In this document: piece after piece, positions 31,126-41,062 of the stretch
How the letters are laid out: each line of letters starts with the position of its first letter
How positions within the stretch are numbered: the first letter of the stretch is position 1
Source: Candidatus Woesearchaeota archaeon
Lineage (GTDB): Archaea > Nanobdellota > Nanobdellia > Woesearchaeales > 21-14-0-10-32-9
NCBI GenBank assembly: GCA_021736975.1
Contig: JAIPET010000004.1
Span: 2,008-66,007, forward strand
Direction: 5' to 3'
Length of the DNA: 64,000 bases
Program-made: the position numbers and the translations under genes
Notes under the pieces: model-generated
What the model was told of the DNA's origin: nothing
Databases searched by the model: none
The model's input: only the letters and a program-made list of their open reading frames with translations

Positions 31126-32204
31126 CTAAAACACTAGAAAAAATAAAACAAACCGCAAAAAAACTATTCACAAACATCAAACTAAAAGAAAAAGCAGAAA
31201 TGGAATCACCAGTAAGATCCCTAAACAACGTAATATACAACAAAAAAGACGGATATTTTGAACTAAAAGGAATGATGAAAAAAAGAACACTAACCGCAAA
31301 CACAGTAAAAACATTCGCACAAACACTAAAAATGATGTCACTATCAAAAGAACTAATAAACTCAGAAGACATCGCAACAAAAAGAGAAGCATACTACGTA
31401 AGCAAAAACTGGGGAGAAGCCAGATTCAAAGAACAACCAGAAAGCGACGCAGTAATGGACGACATCGAAGCAACATTCTCATGCAACAGAGAACAACTAG
31501 GATTCATAGCAGACGAACACGGCGGAAGCCTAGCAGGCGCACTAACAGTAATAGACAAAGACTCCACAACAAAAAAAGAAATAAAAATAGACTGCACAAA
31601 ATTTGGATCAGGAAGTTATTCAATACCAAGTGACGTAGAACATTTAAAATTTGAAACAAAAGCAAAATTTGTACTAGCAATAGAAACACAAGGTATGTTT
31701 GAACGATTAAATAAACACCAATACTGGAAAAGCGCAAACTGCATAATAATATCAATGAGCGGAGTACCAAGCAGAAGCTGTCGAAGATTCATAAGAAAAC
31801 TAACAGATGAAACAAAAATTCCTTGCTACGTATTCACAGACGGAGATCCATACGGAATGATGAATATATACAGAACACTAAAAGTAGGATCAGGAAACGC
31901 AGCACACATAAACGAATACTTTTGCGTACCACACGCACACTTCATAGGAATAACCCCACAAGACATAAAAGACTACAAACTACCAACACACCCATTAAAA
32001 GAAGTAGACATAAAAAGAGCAAAAGACGCAATCAAAAATGATCCATTCGTAAAAGACCACAAAGAATGGCAAAACGCACTAAAAGAAATGATACAAGGAA
32101 AAGTCAGAGCAGAACAACAAGCACTCGCAAAGCATGGATTAAATTTTGTAATATCAGACTACCTACCAGAAAAAATGAAGAATGAAAAAAGCTGGCTACC
32201 ATAA
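31122..32204 (+). CDS. top6A: DNA topoisomerase VI subunit A
   Basis: TKREAYY, EQPESD, Toprim AIE...[14 protein letters not shown]. Confidence 0.97.
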   Translation: MTKTLEKIKQTAKKLFTNIKLKEKAEMESPVRSLNNVIYNKKDGYFELKGMMKKRTLTANTVKTFAQTLKMMSLSKELINSEDIATKREAYYVSKNWGEARFKEQPESDAVMDDIEATFSCNREQLGFIADEHGGSLAGALTVIDKDSTTKKEIKIDCTKFGSGSYSIPSDVEHLKFETKAKFVLAIETQGMFERLNKHQYWKSANCIIISMSGVPSRSCRRFIRKLTDETKIPCYVFTDGDPYGMMNIYRTLKVGSGNAAHINEYFCVPHAHFIGITPQDIKDYKLPTHPLKEVDIKRAKDAIKNDPFVKDHKEWQNALKEMIQGKVRAEQQALAKHGLNFVISDYLPEKMKNEKSWLP

Positions 32205-32268
32205 ACTTCAAAAAACATCTGAGATTAACTTCTGAACTCTTATTAAAAAAATAAGTTTATCAAATTGG

Positions 32269-32334
32269 ATGGCGCAATATTTTATAGATACAAATATTTG
32301 GCTAGATTTTTTATTAGAAAGAAAAGATAATTAA
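32269..32334 (+). pseudogene. Truncated PIN/VapC toxin fragment
   Basis: Hand translation MAQYFIDTNIWLDFLLERKDN*, a typical PIN N-terminal hhDTNh motif ending after 21 aa. Confidence 0.6.
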
Positions 32335-32412
32335 TAAATTTATGCAAAAAAATGGAGTGTTTACTTCGCAGTAACAAAATATTTATATATTGGTTTTGGT
32401 TTCTTAAATAAA

Positions 32413-33429
32413 ATGAATTCAATAAAAAACATATTAACAATAAGCGCAATAACACTAACAACACTATTATATTCCTGCAAAAACAATGACCAACCAATAA
32501 CAATTAGACCTGAAAACACCCAAACGCCAAAAAAAGAACTACAAATACAACCAGAAATCAAAAAAGAACCAAAATATAAAATGCTTGAATTTGATCAGAT
32601 AATAAATACAGATCTAGGAGAAATAACTCTGAAAGAAATAGGCTTAATGGATGCCTATTACAATCTCAAAGAAAATGAAACTACAAGATTTGAATTAACA
32701 CTTCTTACAGATAAAACAGAAGAAACATGGAGTCAAATAGATGCAGAAGGAAATTTCACCGATAGCACAAGTAGCTACACAAAAGATTCCCTATTAGAAA
32801 AATTTGAAGGATCTGAAACAAACTCAATTATAATATATAAAAACAAAATACTAATTAATAAATCTGAAATAAACGCGTACAACTTAGAAGCGACAGTAGA
32901 AAATGGTTTAATAACAACAAAAGAACTAGAAGAAAAAAAAGCAGATGCAAAAACAAAATTTGCAGAAGTTAAAAAATCATTTAAAGACGCAGTAAACAAA
33001 GAACTCGACTTGTATCTAAATAAACTTAATAAAATAATCAATAAAACATACATATTTGATTCAGAAAATAATTTGACAACACTCGTACTTACTCTTGAAA
33101 ATAATTATAAAGCACAAATTAAAGACACAAATAACGATAATAAAATAGACTTTAATAATTCAGACGAAGTAAATATCTCAATTGATAGAGACATATACGG
33201 AAACGAAAATAATAACTCATTTTGGATGAATGATAAAGAATTTTCAATCGGTGTAAACCTAAATACCGAAAATGAAAATACTTCTTATTTTAGAGCGAAC
33301 TCGCAAACACCAATCATACAAGAAATTTATAATTCAACAAAAGAAAAAATTGCAAAAAAAATAAACAACATCTATAAAAAAACATTAGATGAACGAACAG
33401 AACAAATCAAAAGAGCAATAATGCAATAA
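32413..33429 (+). CDS. Hypothetical lipoprotein
   Basis: Signal ending LLYSC; acidic/Asn-rich body with a DTNNDNKID loop. Confidence 0.65.
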   Translation: MNSIKNILTISAITLTTLLYSCKNNDQPITIRPENTQTPKKELQIQPEIKKEPKYKMLEFDQIINTDLGEITLKEIGLMDAYYNLKENETTRFELTLLTDKTEETWSQIDAEGNFTDSTSSYTKDSLLEKFEGSETNSIIIYKNKILINKSEINAYNLEATVENGLITTKELEEKKADAKTKFAEVKKSFKDAVNKELDLYLNKLNKIINKTYIFDSENNLTTLVLTLENNYKAQIKDTNNDNKIDFNNSDEVNISIDRDIYGNENNNSFWMNDKEFSIGVNLNTENENTSYFRANSQTPIIQEIYNSTKEKIAKKINNIYKKTLDERTEQIKRAIMQ

Positions 33430-33623
33430 TGAAAATCCCTGCTCCGAATCTATCTCCGCCCTAAAGGACGGAGTATTACGACTCAGTCGCCTAGACGGGA
33501 TTTTCAAATTGCGCACTATCGACCTAAATGCACAAAAACAATAGTTTTTGGCATGCCAGAAACCACAGTTTCTGTGCAGGTCGGGGTATTAAACCCCATT
33601 CGCTAACGCGCAATAATAAAAAT
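33423..33623. mobile_element. Structured palindromic element family C, copy 1 (IS200/IS605-end-like)
   Basis: CTCCGCCCTAAAGGACGGAG and GGGGTATTAAACCCC hairpins; termini shared with 61989-62280; flanked by GCAATAAT(G/A)AAAAT direct repeat. Confidence 0.72.
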
Positions 33624-33862
33624 AGAACCAATATAAAACAACACAAACAACACATTCAAAAAAACAGAAAGTTTAAACGAAAACTGATTAATTTCTTTAT
33701 CAAAATATTTTCTAAGAAAAAAACTAGCAAACCTAGGTAAAAAAACACAATAAACAAGTTGTAAAAAAAACAAAACTAAAAAAAACACTTTCACTAAAGA
33801 TAAAACAATTAGAATGAATAACACTAACAAAATATAATAAAAGAAAAGATGCATAAAGAAAC

Positions 33863-33958
33863 ACAGAACCAATGAGCTGCACACTAATATATGATAAAGC
33901 AACAGCAACCACATTCAAATCATACTTTGAAGTTCTCTGGAACATAACAAAAAATTGA
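33863..33958 (+). pseudogene. C-terminal remnant of a TrmB-family regulator
   Basis: TEPMSCTLIYDKATATTFKSYFEVLWNITKN* resembles the TrmB C-terminal F..YF..LW helix; upstream 33630-33860 is frameshifted. Confidence 0.55.
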
Positions 33959-34210
33959 AAGAATAAAATCATAAACATTTTTTCTATGTTCAAATTTTAA
34001 AAGATACAAAATATCTTTTTCTTCATCATAAGAATAAATTAATCTAAAAGGCTTTACATACAAACTTCTTTCGTTATGCTTATATCTTAATGGCTTTCCG
34101 ATATAAGGATTTTGAGATATTTTTTGAACTTGTTTATTCACCTTAATTTTTAAAAATGGATCTAATCTTTTTGTACTTTTTTTGAATGCTTCCCCCGCAA
34201 TAGTTTTCAT
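33920..34210 (-). CDS. RelE/ParE-family toxin
   Basis: NPYIGKPLRY...RSLYVKPFRLIYSY...FEHRKNVY. Confidence 0.88.
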   Translation of the reverse strand: MKTIAGEAFKKSTKRLDPFLKIKVNKQVQKISQNPYIGKPLRYKHNERSLYVKPFRLIYSYDEEKDILYLLKFEHRKNVYDFILSIFCYVPENFKV

Positions 34211-34211
34211 A

Positions 34212-34463
34212 TCACCAAGAGTTCATTTCTTTTAAAAAGTCTTTAGAGTCGAATTCCGAATACTTTCCGGCACGAATATCTTCCCAAATTTTATCAAGTT
34301 CTTCCATTTCTTTGAGTTCTTGTTTTGTATAACCTTCTACTTTTTTTAGTACAATCATATCTTTTTTTCGCATAACAGAAAAAGCAGTTCCAGAATTAAG
34401 ATCTTTTCTTGCTTCTTTTGGAATCACAATTTGACCTTTTGAACTAAGTTTCGTTATTAACAT
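34212..34463 (-). CDS. AbrB/MazE-family antitoxin
   Basis: TKLSSKGQIVIPKEAR; directly upstream of the toxin. Confidence 0.88.
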   Translation of the reverse strand: MLITKLSSKGQIVIPKEARKDLNSGTAFSVMRKKDMIVLKKVEGYTKQELKEMEELDKIWEDIRAGKYSEFDSKDFLKEMNSW

Positions 34464-34611
34464 AATAAGTAAGATATTCTTACATATTTATAAATGTTTA
34501 TATTACTTTTTTGGAACATATTTATTTTCTATATTGCAATTAATTACATCACTATTTATTAGTAGTAAAATATATAAATGTTGAAATTTATACATAGAAT
34601 ATACATAAAAA

Positions 34612-34824
34612 ATGGAAAAAACAAACTCATTTAGCCTAACAAAAAAAATAGCCAAGCATGGAAACCAATCCATAATAGTAATACCTAGAATTCTTGAAAA
34701 AAAACTCAAACCAAAAACAATAGTTCAACTAAAAATAGACATCATAGAAGAAGTAGAAGAAATAGAGGAGGAAAACAGAAACAAAGTATCTGATCCTTCC
34801 AAAACAAGTTTGGAGGAGAACTAA
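34612..34824 (+). CDS. Small AbrB-like (DUF2080-type) DNA-binding protein
   Basis: KKIAKHGNQSIIVIPRIL...IVQLKI. Confidence 0.65.
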   Translation: MEKTNSFSLTKKIAKHGNQSIIVIPRILEKKLKPKTIVQLKIDIIEEVEEIEEENRNKVSDPSKTSLEEN

Positions 34825-34825
34825 A

Positions 34826-36943
34826 ATGTTAAATCTAAAAAACACAACTATTGGAAATTTCCTTCTGGACAATAACCACCCTAATAAAAGAAACAGAGAA
34901 TCAAGAATAAAAAAAATATCAAGAAACATGGACGAAGTAAGAAAAAGACAAGAAACAGTAGAAAAAACACTTTCACCACAATATAGAAGCGTAGTATATA
35001 ATCCATCAGACGGACCAAGAATAAATTTTAGAATAATATGGGGCCCTAATGACGAAGAAAGAATTGTAAAAACAGATGGAACACCAATAGGACCAAGACA
35101 AACAAGACACATATCAAGAGGATGCACAACTAATAACGAAGCACTAAAACTTGGAAAAATAGATGAGCCGGAACTATTTCATATAAATCCCATGATAGAT
35201 TATTATGAAGGCACTGAAGACAATAAAATAATTTCTATGTCCATAGAAAAGTTCAGAAAAAAATACAAAACATTAGACCAACAAATAATAGATAACGGAC
35301 CTTTTGACATTAAAGACTTTGAACAAACATTCGAAAAAATACTAAGATCTGGAAAATATTATATGAATAAATTTGGAATCTTGCACAGAGATCCGAAAGC
35401 ATCAAATATTTTATTTAGAAAAAACGGTTCAATAGATATATGGTTAACAGATTGGGCAAACGCAGGAACAATAAACAACAACAAATACAAAATAATGCCA
35501 ACATCAGGAGGACATTTCATCTTAGATCCAATAAGTTCAGGAATATTTTCAGAACGCCAATCAACATATAACATACAATCAGAATTATACGCTTTCGGAA
35601 CAGAAGGAACAGACATGCTTTTAGGAGATTATGATTTCGAGTTTGATCCAGATAAAGAAATTGGAATATACATCCCTACAGGAGAGTCAATGCTAAACGA
35701 AAAAGGTAAACTAGACAAAGAAAAATTCTCAAAACAACTATGGAACTCGTTAAAAGAAATTAAAGGAGAACCAAAAAAATATAGAGAACTATTATACAGA
35801 TTAAGAACTCCTTATGAAAATGAAAGATTTGAAAGCATAAATGAAGTTGTAAATGAATTTGAAAAAATAAAATCTAAAAAAAGTTTTGTCCAAAAAGTTA
35901 AAAAACATAAAAACACAATAATCATAAGCTCTTTAATATTAACAGGAGGATCAGGCATAGGATTGCAAACATATCAACAACTAAACAAAGAAATCCTAGA
36001 AGCCAAAAAATATCCGGTCAACACAGCATGGAACGGTGCAGATCTAACAATAAACAACAGCTTGTTTGACATAAAAATAAGTTCTAGTGTATTTAATGGA
36101 GGAAAAAACTACAGCAAATATCCGGGAGATAAATTCCTCGTCGCTAAACCAGGAGAAACAATTCATGCATACATAGAAGCAAACGGAAAACCATTCTCAA
36201 AAGAAAACTATAATTCTTTATGGCTTCCTGCAAAAGCATACATAGAAGGATACGAAATTTCTAATGAATTTAACTTTTATGTTGACGATCCCGATAAAGC
36301 TTATTGTCCGGACGATATGTATGGATATCCATACGGAGATATCAATATGAAACTTCCTGAAGATATACATGAAGGAATATCAAAAATGATTATAGAAGTC
36401 TACAGTCCAAATCCAAAAATAAACAAACGCAATTCAAAAGATGCGATGAATAAAATAAATCTTCAAAGCTCAGGACGTGTATTGCTTAGGAAAAAAATAC
36501 CTATAATCGTAGGAGATCCAAAATTTAATGTTACAGTAAATAACCTTTACATAGGTTCATATACCGAATATATTTCGTTTGGTCCATTTACTAGACTCAA
36601 TGATTATGTTGATGAACTAAGTAAAGACATTAATTACATCATTAGCTTAACAGGTACTGATTTCAAAGAACTATGGACTAATGAAGGCAACATATATAAC
36701 TCGAAAAGTGGATATATAAAAATACCTGATGGACAAAAAAATCAAGAAGGCATTCTAAAAATACTATACCAAGATAAAAATAATCAAAAAATAACAGGTT
36801 TTGATTTCGTTCCCTTAATATACAAAGATACTACATATGCAAATGGATACAGATTTGGATGTTGGGACTTTAATGACATAGACACAAATTATTTCAAAAC
36901 AGTTACCAAGTTAGGTCAAGAAGCACTGGACTTAAACAAGTAA
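34826..36943 (+). CDS. Membrane-anchored Hanks-type Ser/Thr kinase with C-terminal extracellular domain
   Basis: RIVK, GILHRDPKASNILF, LTDWANAG, QSELYAFG, ERFESINE; TM IIISSLILTGGSGIGL. Confidence 0.82.
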   Translation: MLNLKNTTIGNFLLDNNHPNKRNRESRIKKISRNMDEVRKRQETVEKTLSPQYRSVVYNPSDGPRINFRIIWGPNDEERIVKTDGTPIGPRQTRHISRGCTTNNEALKLGKIDEPELFHINPMIDYYEGTEDNKIISMSIEKFRKKYKTLDQQIIDNGPFDIKDFEQTFEKILRSGKYYMNKFGILHRDPKASNILFRKNGSIDIWLTDWANAGTINNNKYKIMPTSGGHFILDPISSGIFSERQSTYNIQSELYAFGTEGTDMLLGDYDFEFDPDKEIGIYIPTGESMLNEKGKLDKEKFSKQLWNSLKEIKGEPKKYRELLYRLRTPYENERFESINEVVNEFEKIKSKKSFVQKVKKHKNTIIISSLILTGGSGIGLQTYQQLNKEILEAKKYPVNTAWNGADLTINNSLFDIKISSSVFNGGKNYSKYPGDKFLVAKPGETIHAYIEANGKPFSKENYNSLWLPAKAYIEGYEISNEFNFYVDDPDKAYCPDDMYGYPYGDINMKLPEDIHEGISKMIIEVYSPNPKINKRNSKDAMNKINLQSSGRVLLRKKIPIIVGDPKFNVTVNNLYIGSYTEYISFGPFTRLNDYVDELSKDINYIISLTGTDFKELWTNEGNIYNSKSGYIKIPDGQKNQEGILKILYQDKNNQKITGFDFVPLIYKDTTYANGYRFGCWDFNDIDTNYFKTVTKLGQEALDLNK

Positions 36944-37837
36944 ACCTGTTAAAGGACTATTCGCTTGATAAAATTCTCTTATTGAAATAAGTAAATGATA
37001 TGTTATAGGTGAAGAATTATTTCCTGATAAAATTCCATACCCAAGATCATAAATAATTTTCTTTTCTAGATCATGAATCTTACCGATTAATTTAATATCT
37101 TTTTTTGTATAGCATAAAAATATTAGTTCGAAAATTTCTGATGAACTCTTAAATAATTCACCATTCTGTTTATCAAGAGAGCCATCTTTAAGTATTTTAT
37201 TCAAATGATATATTTCTCTTTGACCATGATTAAGCAAGGTTAGAAAAGTCCATAACAATTCAGAATTTTTATTTCTTATACTTTTTTTTGATATTATTCT
37301 TTTGCAGAAATTATCATATTTCATTATTCTTTCTTCAATAAGTTCTACATCTTCAAATTGATCTTCTTTATTAATTCTTTTTTTAACAGATCCAAAAAGT
37401 AATCTTATATTAAATAAAAATTTGAGCATAATATCATCAAATTGATCTGCATTTGGTTCAGTCACAGATTCTATAATACATCTATTTTTTTCATTTCTTT
37501 GAATATCAAAACCTATCAATCTTTTATTCACAATATCAGCAAGAATCTTAAATTGGTTTTCCGAATAAAAATCAACTAATATTTTATCAAAACCTTTTCT
37601 ATAAGCATTAGTTATTAAAGTCCTTATACTACTTTCAGAAAGATGCGTTAAACCCAAATTAGTCTCTGATAATGTCTTTTTTCCATCCGCGGAAATTATT
37701 AAATCATCTCCCGCTTCTTCTATTTCAACACCAGAACCCTTATCAAGATTAAACCTATCAACCCACTTCTTAGGAAGATATATCGTATATCCTCCAAGTC
37801 CTTGCTTGATTATTTTTCTTTTCATAAGATCATTCAT
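36932..37837 (-). CDS. AbrB-PhoU archaeal phosphate-uptake-regulator-like protein
   Basis: RKIIKQGLGGYTIYLPKKWV, LITNAYRKGFD, LIGFDI, helical PhoU-like C-terminus. Confidence 0.85.
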   Translation of the reverse strand: MNDLMKRKIIKQGLGGYTIYLPKKWVDRFNLDKGSGVEIEEAGDDLIISADGKKTLSETNLGLTHLSESSIRTLITNAYRKGFDKILVDFYSENQFKILADIVNKRLIGFDIQRNEKNRCIIESVTEPNADQFDDIMLKFLFNIRLLFGSVKKRINKEDQFEDVELIEERIMKYDNFCKRIISKKSIRNKNSELLWTFLTLLNHGQREIYHLNKILKDGSLDKQNGELFKSSSEIFELIFLCYTKKDIKLIGKIHDLEKKIIYDLGYGILSGNNSSPITYHLLISIREFYQANSPLTGLLV

Positions 37838-37862
37838 ATTTTGTTCTATTTAAATTCTTCGA

Positions 37863-37905
37863 ATTAATATTAATAATATTATTAATATGAATAAAATATT
37901 AATAT
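37863..37905. promoter_or_regulatory. Candidate operator in divergent promoter
   Basis: Perfect 22-bp palindrome ATATTAATAATATTATTAATAT (37867-37888); ATTAATAT at 37863, 37881 and 37898. Confidence 0.5.
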
Positions 37906-37951
37906 GTAGTAATAACCACTATATAATAACAAAAATACCAAGAGACATAAA

Positions 37952-39046
37952 ATGATTTGGCTACAAACAATCAAAGACACACTATCCTTAATAACACAAC
38001 AACCCGACACGACAGCACTAGAAGCAAAAAGAATACAAGCAGAACAAGATTTTTTACTAAACAAACAAACAAAACAAGAACAAATAGAAACAAAAATACA
38101 AAACTACAACAACATAATACAAGAACCCCAAAAAAATGGATTGAAATTAAACAGGTTTAATGTAACATCTGGAAACTATCACCTTACAATAGATCAAAAT
38201 CCAAATTTAGAAAATAAAATACAAAATGATGTAATAATTTTTGGAAAAAACAAAGTTTACAAAGATTTATTTGTAAACATAATAACAAACGGAGATATAG
38301 AAGAAGAAATAACAGGATACTTACACACAGGAATAAACACAAAAATAGGAAATACAAAAATAAAAATACATGGAGGACATGGACTTAGCAACAAACTCCC
38401 AAAAACATTCATAGGAGGAGAAATAAGCGAAGAAAATAATTACCATCTTGAATCAGTATTCTTTAGTCCAGAGCCAATCCTATCAAATGGACAAAAAGCA
38501 TTTTTCATAATGACTGCAAAACAAATAGGACAAAAAGATTACATAAGCATAGGAAACAATGATGGAACCTGGAAATCAATCTACGGACACATAAATGATA
38601 AAATAGGAACCTACCTAAGCACTGAATTTGAGCCGAATAAAAAAGAATTTTCATTTTCAACAACAACAGCATGGAGTAAACCTGCAAAAAATGCATATTC
38701 TTGGAAAGGAATGAATTTTGTAAGTCAAATACTAATGATACAACCATTTTCATTCCCTTATCTTTCAAGCCACACAAATAAAGGAGACGACATAACACGC
38801 ATAGAAGGAAAAATATCAGAAAATAATAAAGAATTTACAGTGATGCAAGGTAAAAATCTAGGACTTATGAAAATAGGAATAGGACTCACATATCAGAAAA
38901 AAAATGGAGAAGAAAAATACGGAGTAGTCGGAAACATCTACAAAGAATTCGATATAACAAAAGAAATGACAGGAACCATAGACCTAAGATACAACTCAGC
39001 AAAAAAAACACTTAATCTATGGTTAAACACAAATATTGAGATGTAA
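37952..39046 (+). CDS. Hypothetical protein, predicted amphipathic beta-strand/beta-barrel-like
   Basis: Alternating hydrophobic strands KIGIGLTY, YGVVGNIYKEF, GTIDLRYN, LNLWLNTNI. Confidence 0.6.
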   Translation: MIWLQTIKDTLSLITQQPDTTALEAKRIQAEQDFLLNKQTKQEQIETKIQNYNNIIQEPQKNGLKLNRFNVTSGNYHLTIDQNPNLENKIQNDVIIFGKNKVYKDLFVNIITNGDIEEEITGYLHTGINTKIGNTKIKIHGGHGLSNKLPKTFIGGEISEENNYHLESVFFSPEPILSNGQKAFFIMTAKQIGQKDYISIGNNDGTWKSIYGHINDKIGTYLSTEFEPNKKEFSFSTTTAWSKPAKNAYSWKGMNFVSQILMIQPFSFPYLSSHTNKGDDITRIEGKISENNKEFTVMQGKNLGLMKIGIGLTYQKKNGEEKYGVVGNIYKEFDITKEMTGTIDLRYNSAKKTLNLWLNTNIEM

Positions 39047-39048
39047 AA

Positions 39049-39798
39049 ATGAAAAAAGCAATACTAACAACAATACTACTTACAACAATACTTTACACAA
39101 CAGGATGTAATACTCAAAACGATAAATCCTTCCAAACAAGAAATACACTTACAGAAGAAGAAGTAGAAAAAACAAGAATGGAACTTCTTAACAAAAAAGA
39201 AGAATATTTCAAAGAAAAAGGAATAACTATGGACTCAATCTATGCATATCCAAAAACAACAACAGAACCACTTATCACAGCATATCTAGAAGAATTTAAT
39301 CTTGCAGAAATATATCTAAAAGGAATAACCCCAAATAAAGCAAAAAAATACAAAGATCAAACACTAGAATCCCTCAAAATATATGCACAATTCGGAATAG
39401 AACCAGAATTCGAAAACAAAATTCCTGAACAACTAAAAAAATTCCACATAGTAGATCTCTACAAAACAAACATAGACGCAGATACAATAAAATCAGAATA
39501 CGAAAAATTCAACCAACTAGAATCTACAGTGAAACACGACGGACCAAGAAACATATACGACAACGATTTTGTGAATGTACTCAAAAGCTGCCTTAAGATG
39601 AAAGATTTTGAAAAATACTGGGAAATTAACAACAAATACAAGACACATATAGACTTCGGAGAAGCATATAGTTTCGAAATTAACAAAACTCCTTTCTACA
39701 AAATAAAAGAAGCTGCAAAAACACACTACAAAAAAATCCTAGAGAAAGAAAAGAAAGAATTCGAACAAAGAATAACAAACGCGCTAGAGAGTGAATAA
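39049..39798 (+). CDS. Hypothetical lipoprotein
   Basis: Lipobox YTTGC; short helical repeats KGIT, LKGITP, FGIEP. Confidence 0.65.
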   Translation: MKKAILTTILLTTILYTTGCNTQNDKSFQTRNTLTEEEVEKTRMELLNKKEEYFKEKGITMDSIYAYPKTTTEPLITAYLEEFNLAEIYLKGITPNKAKKYKDQTLESLKIYAQFGIEPEFENKIPEQLKKFHIVDLYKTNIDADTIKSEYEKFNQLESTVKHDGPRNIYDNDFVNVLKSCLKMKDFEKYWEINNKYKTHIDFGEAYSFEINKTPFYKIKEAAKTHYKKILEKEKKEFEQRITNALESE

Positions 39799-39801
39799 AA
39801 A

Positions 39802-40734
39802 ATGACTGAAATAAAACTAATAATAAAACCAAGAGAAGAAATGACCTGGAAACAGTTCATCAAAGAAACACCAGAATACTCAATAGCATTAGATGGAATT
39901 GTAACCGGAGGACCAAACTTTGATGAAAAATCCAAACACGTAAACTTTGATCACCACGGACTCAAACTTCCAAGAGAAGCACTAATGAGCACAGCAAAAC
40001 AAGTTTACTTTGCAATCAAAGGAAACTTATTCAAACTTTTTCAAAATGATGGAATACCCAAAGCAAATATATACATAAACGACACAGACCAAGACACAAT
40101 GCTCGGAGTTTATCAATTAATGAATCATAAAGGATTTGAAGGAATACAAAGCAATGCGCAATTTAATCGACTTTTAGATCTTACAGATAAACTCGATATA
40201 ACAGGCGGTGCATTTCCTATGAATCTTGACGAAAAACTTGTATCGCAACACAACTGGATATTCGAACCATACACAAAACTTAGACAAACAGGAGAGCTAA
40301 ATAAAGCAACAGAAGACATACTAAGAGATAACGTAGAAGCAATGACTCTAAGAATAAACAAATTCCTATTAGGACAAGGAGGGAAAAAACCACTAGACAC
40401 AAGACATAAAATAATCTACAACTCGCCAAAATTTGTAATGATAGATGAAATAGGAGGAAATGAAGCACGATATTATTTATTTTCAAAAGGAATGGACGCA
40501 TACATAAGCATAGTTGGAAATATGCCTGGAGGGAGAAGAAACATAACTGTGGGAAGATCATCAAAATACGTTCCTTTTGATGTACCTGGACTAGTAAATC
40601 ACTACAACAAAAATGAAGACATGGAAAATCCTTGGGGCGGGTCAAGTCTTGTCGCTGGATGTAGAAATGTAGGAACATCATTTAGCAACCAAAAAATAAT
40701 CGATTTAACAAACGAATACCTTGATAGAAAATGA
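39802..40734 (+). CDS. DHH-like phosphoesterase-related protein
   Basis: IALDG, NFDHH, INDTDQD, C-terminal WGGS. Confidence 0.6.
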   Translation: MTEIKLIIKPREEMTWKQFIKETPEYSIALDGIVTGGPNFDEKSKHVNFDHHGLKLPREALMSTAKQVYFAIKGNLFKLFQNDGIPKANIYINDTDQDTMLGVYQLMNHKGFEGIQSNAQFNRLLDLTDKLDITGGAFPMNLDEKLVSQHNWIFEPYTKLRQTGELNKATEDILRDNVEAMTLRINKFLLGQGGKKPLDTRHKIIYNSPKFVMIDEIGGNEARYYLFSKGMDAYISIVGNMPGGRRNITVGRSSKYVPFDVPGLVNHYNKNEDMENPWGGSSLVAGCRNVGTSFSNQKIIDLTNEYLDRK

Positions 40735-41062
40735 AAGAAAACTATGAAAGAAAATATTATTCATTAGATATGGTTTCAGAAATTTCTGAAAAAGAAATAA
40801 TTTTCGAAGGAATAGAAAAAGAGCTCGAAAACTGGGAACTAATAAGGAAATGAATGATTTTACTGGGCACGAACCTAGTTTCAAAGAGCCATCATTTTAT
40901 CATAACTCCCAAGTCTAATAATGCTGCAACATTAGAAAAAAAACACTAAAATATGGGCATGTAAAAATAGGTTGAGTGGAGATTTATTTAACAGGAACAA
41001 AATCAGGAATAAACAATATTTTAGAAAATATAGCAAAAACGTATAAGGAGAAAACAAAATGA
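40731..41062 (+). pseudogene. Degraded gene inside the operon
   Basis: ATGA-coupled start (MKENYERKYY...) and an ATGA-coupled tail (EIYLTGTKSGINNILENIAKTYKEKTK*) separated by stops and frameshifts. Confidence 0.5.

Noticed and set aside
33528-33740. 70-aa ORF (and 62108-62491 on the minus strand) crossing the family C elements
   Set aside because: Translations of palindromic non-coding DNA; not conserved between the two copies.
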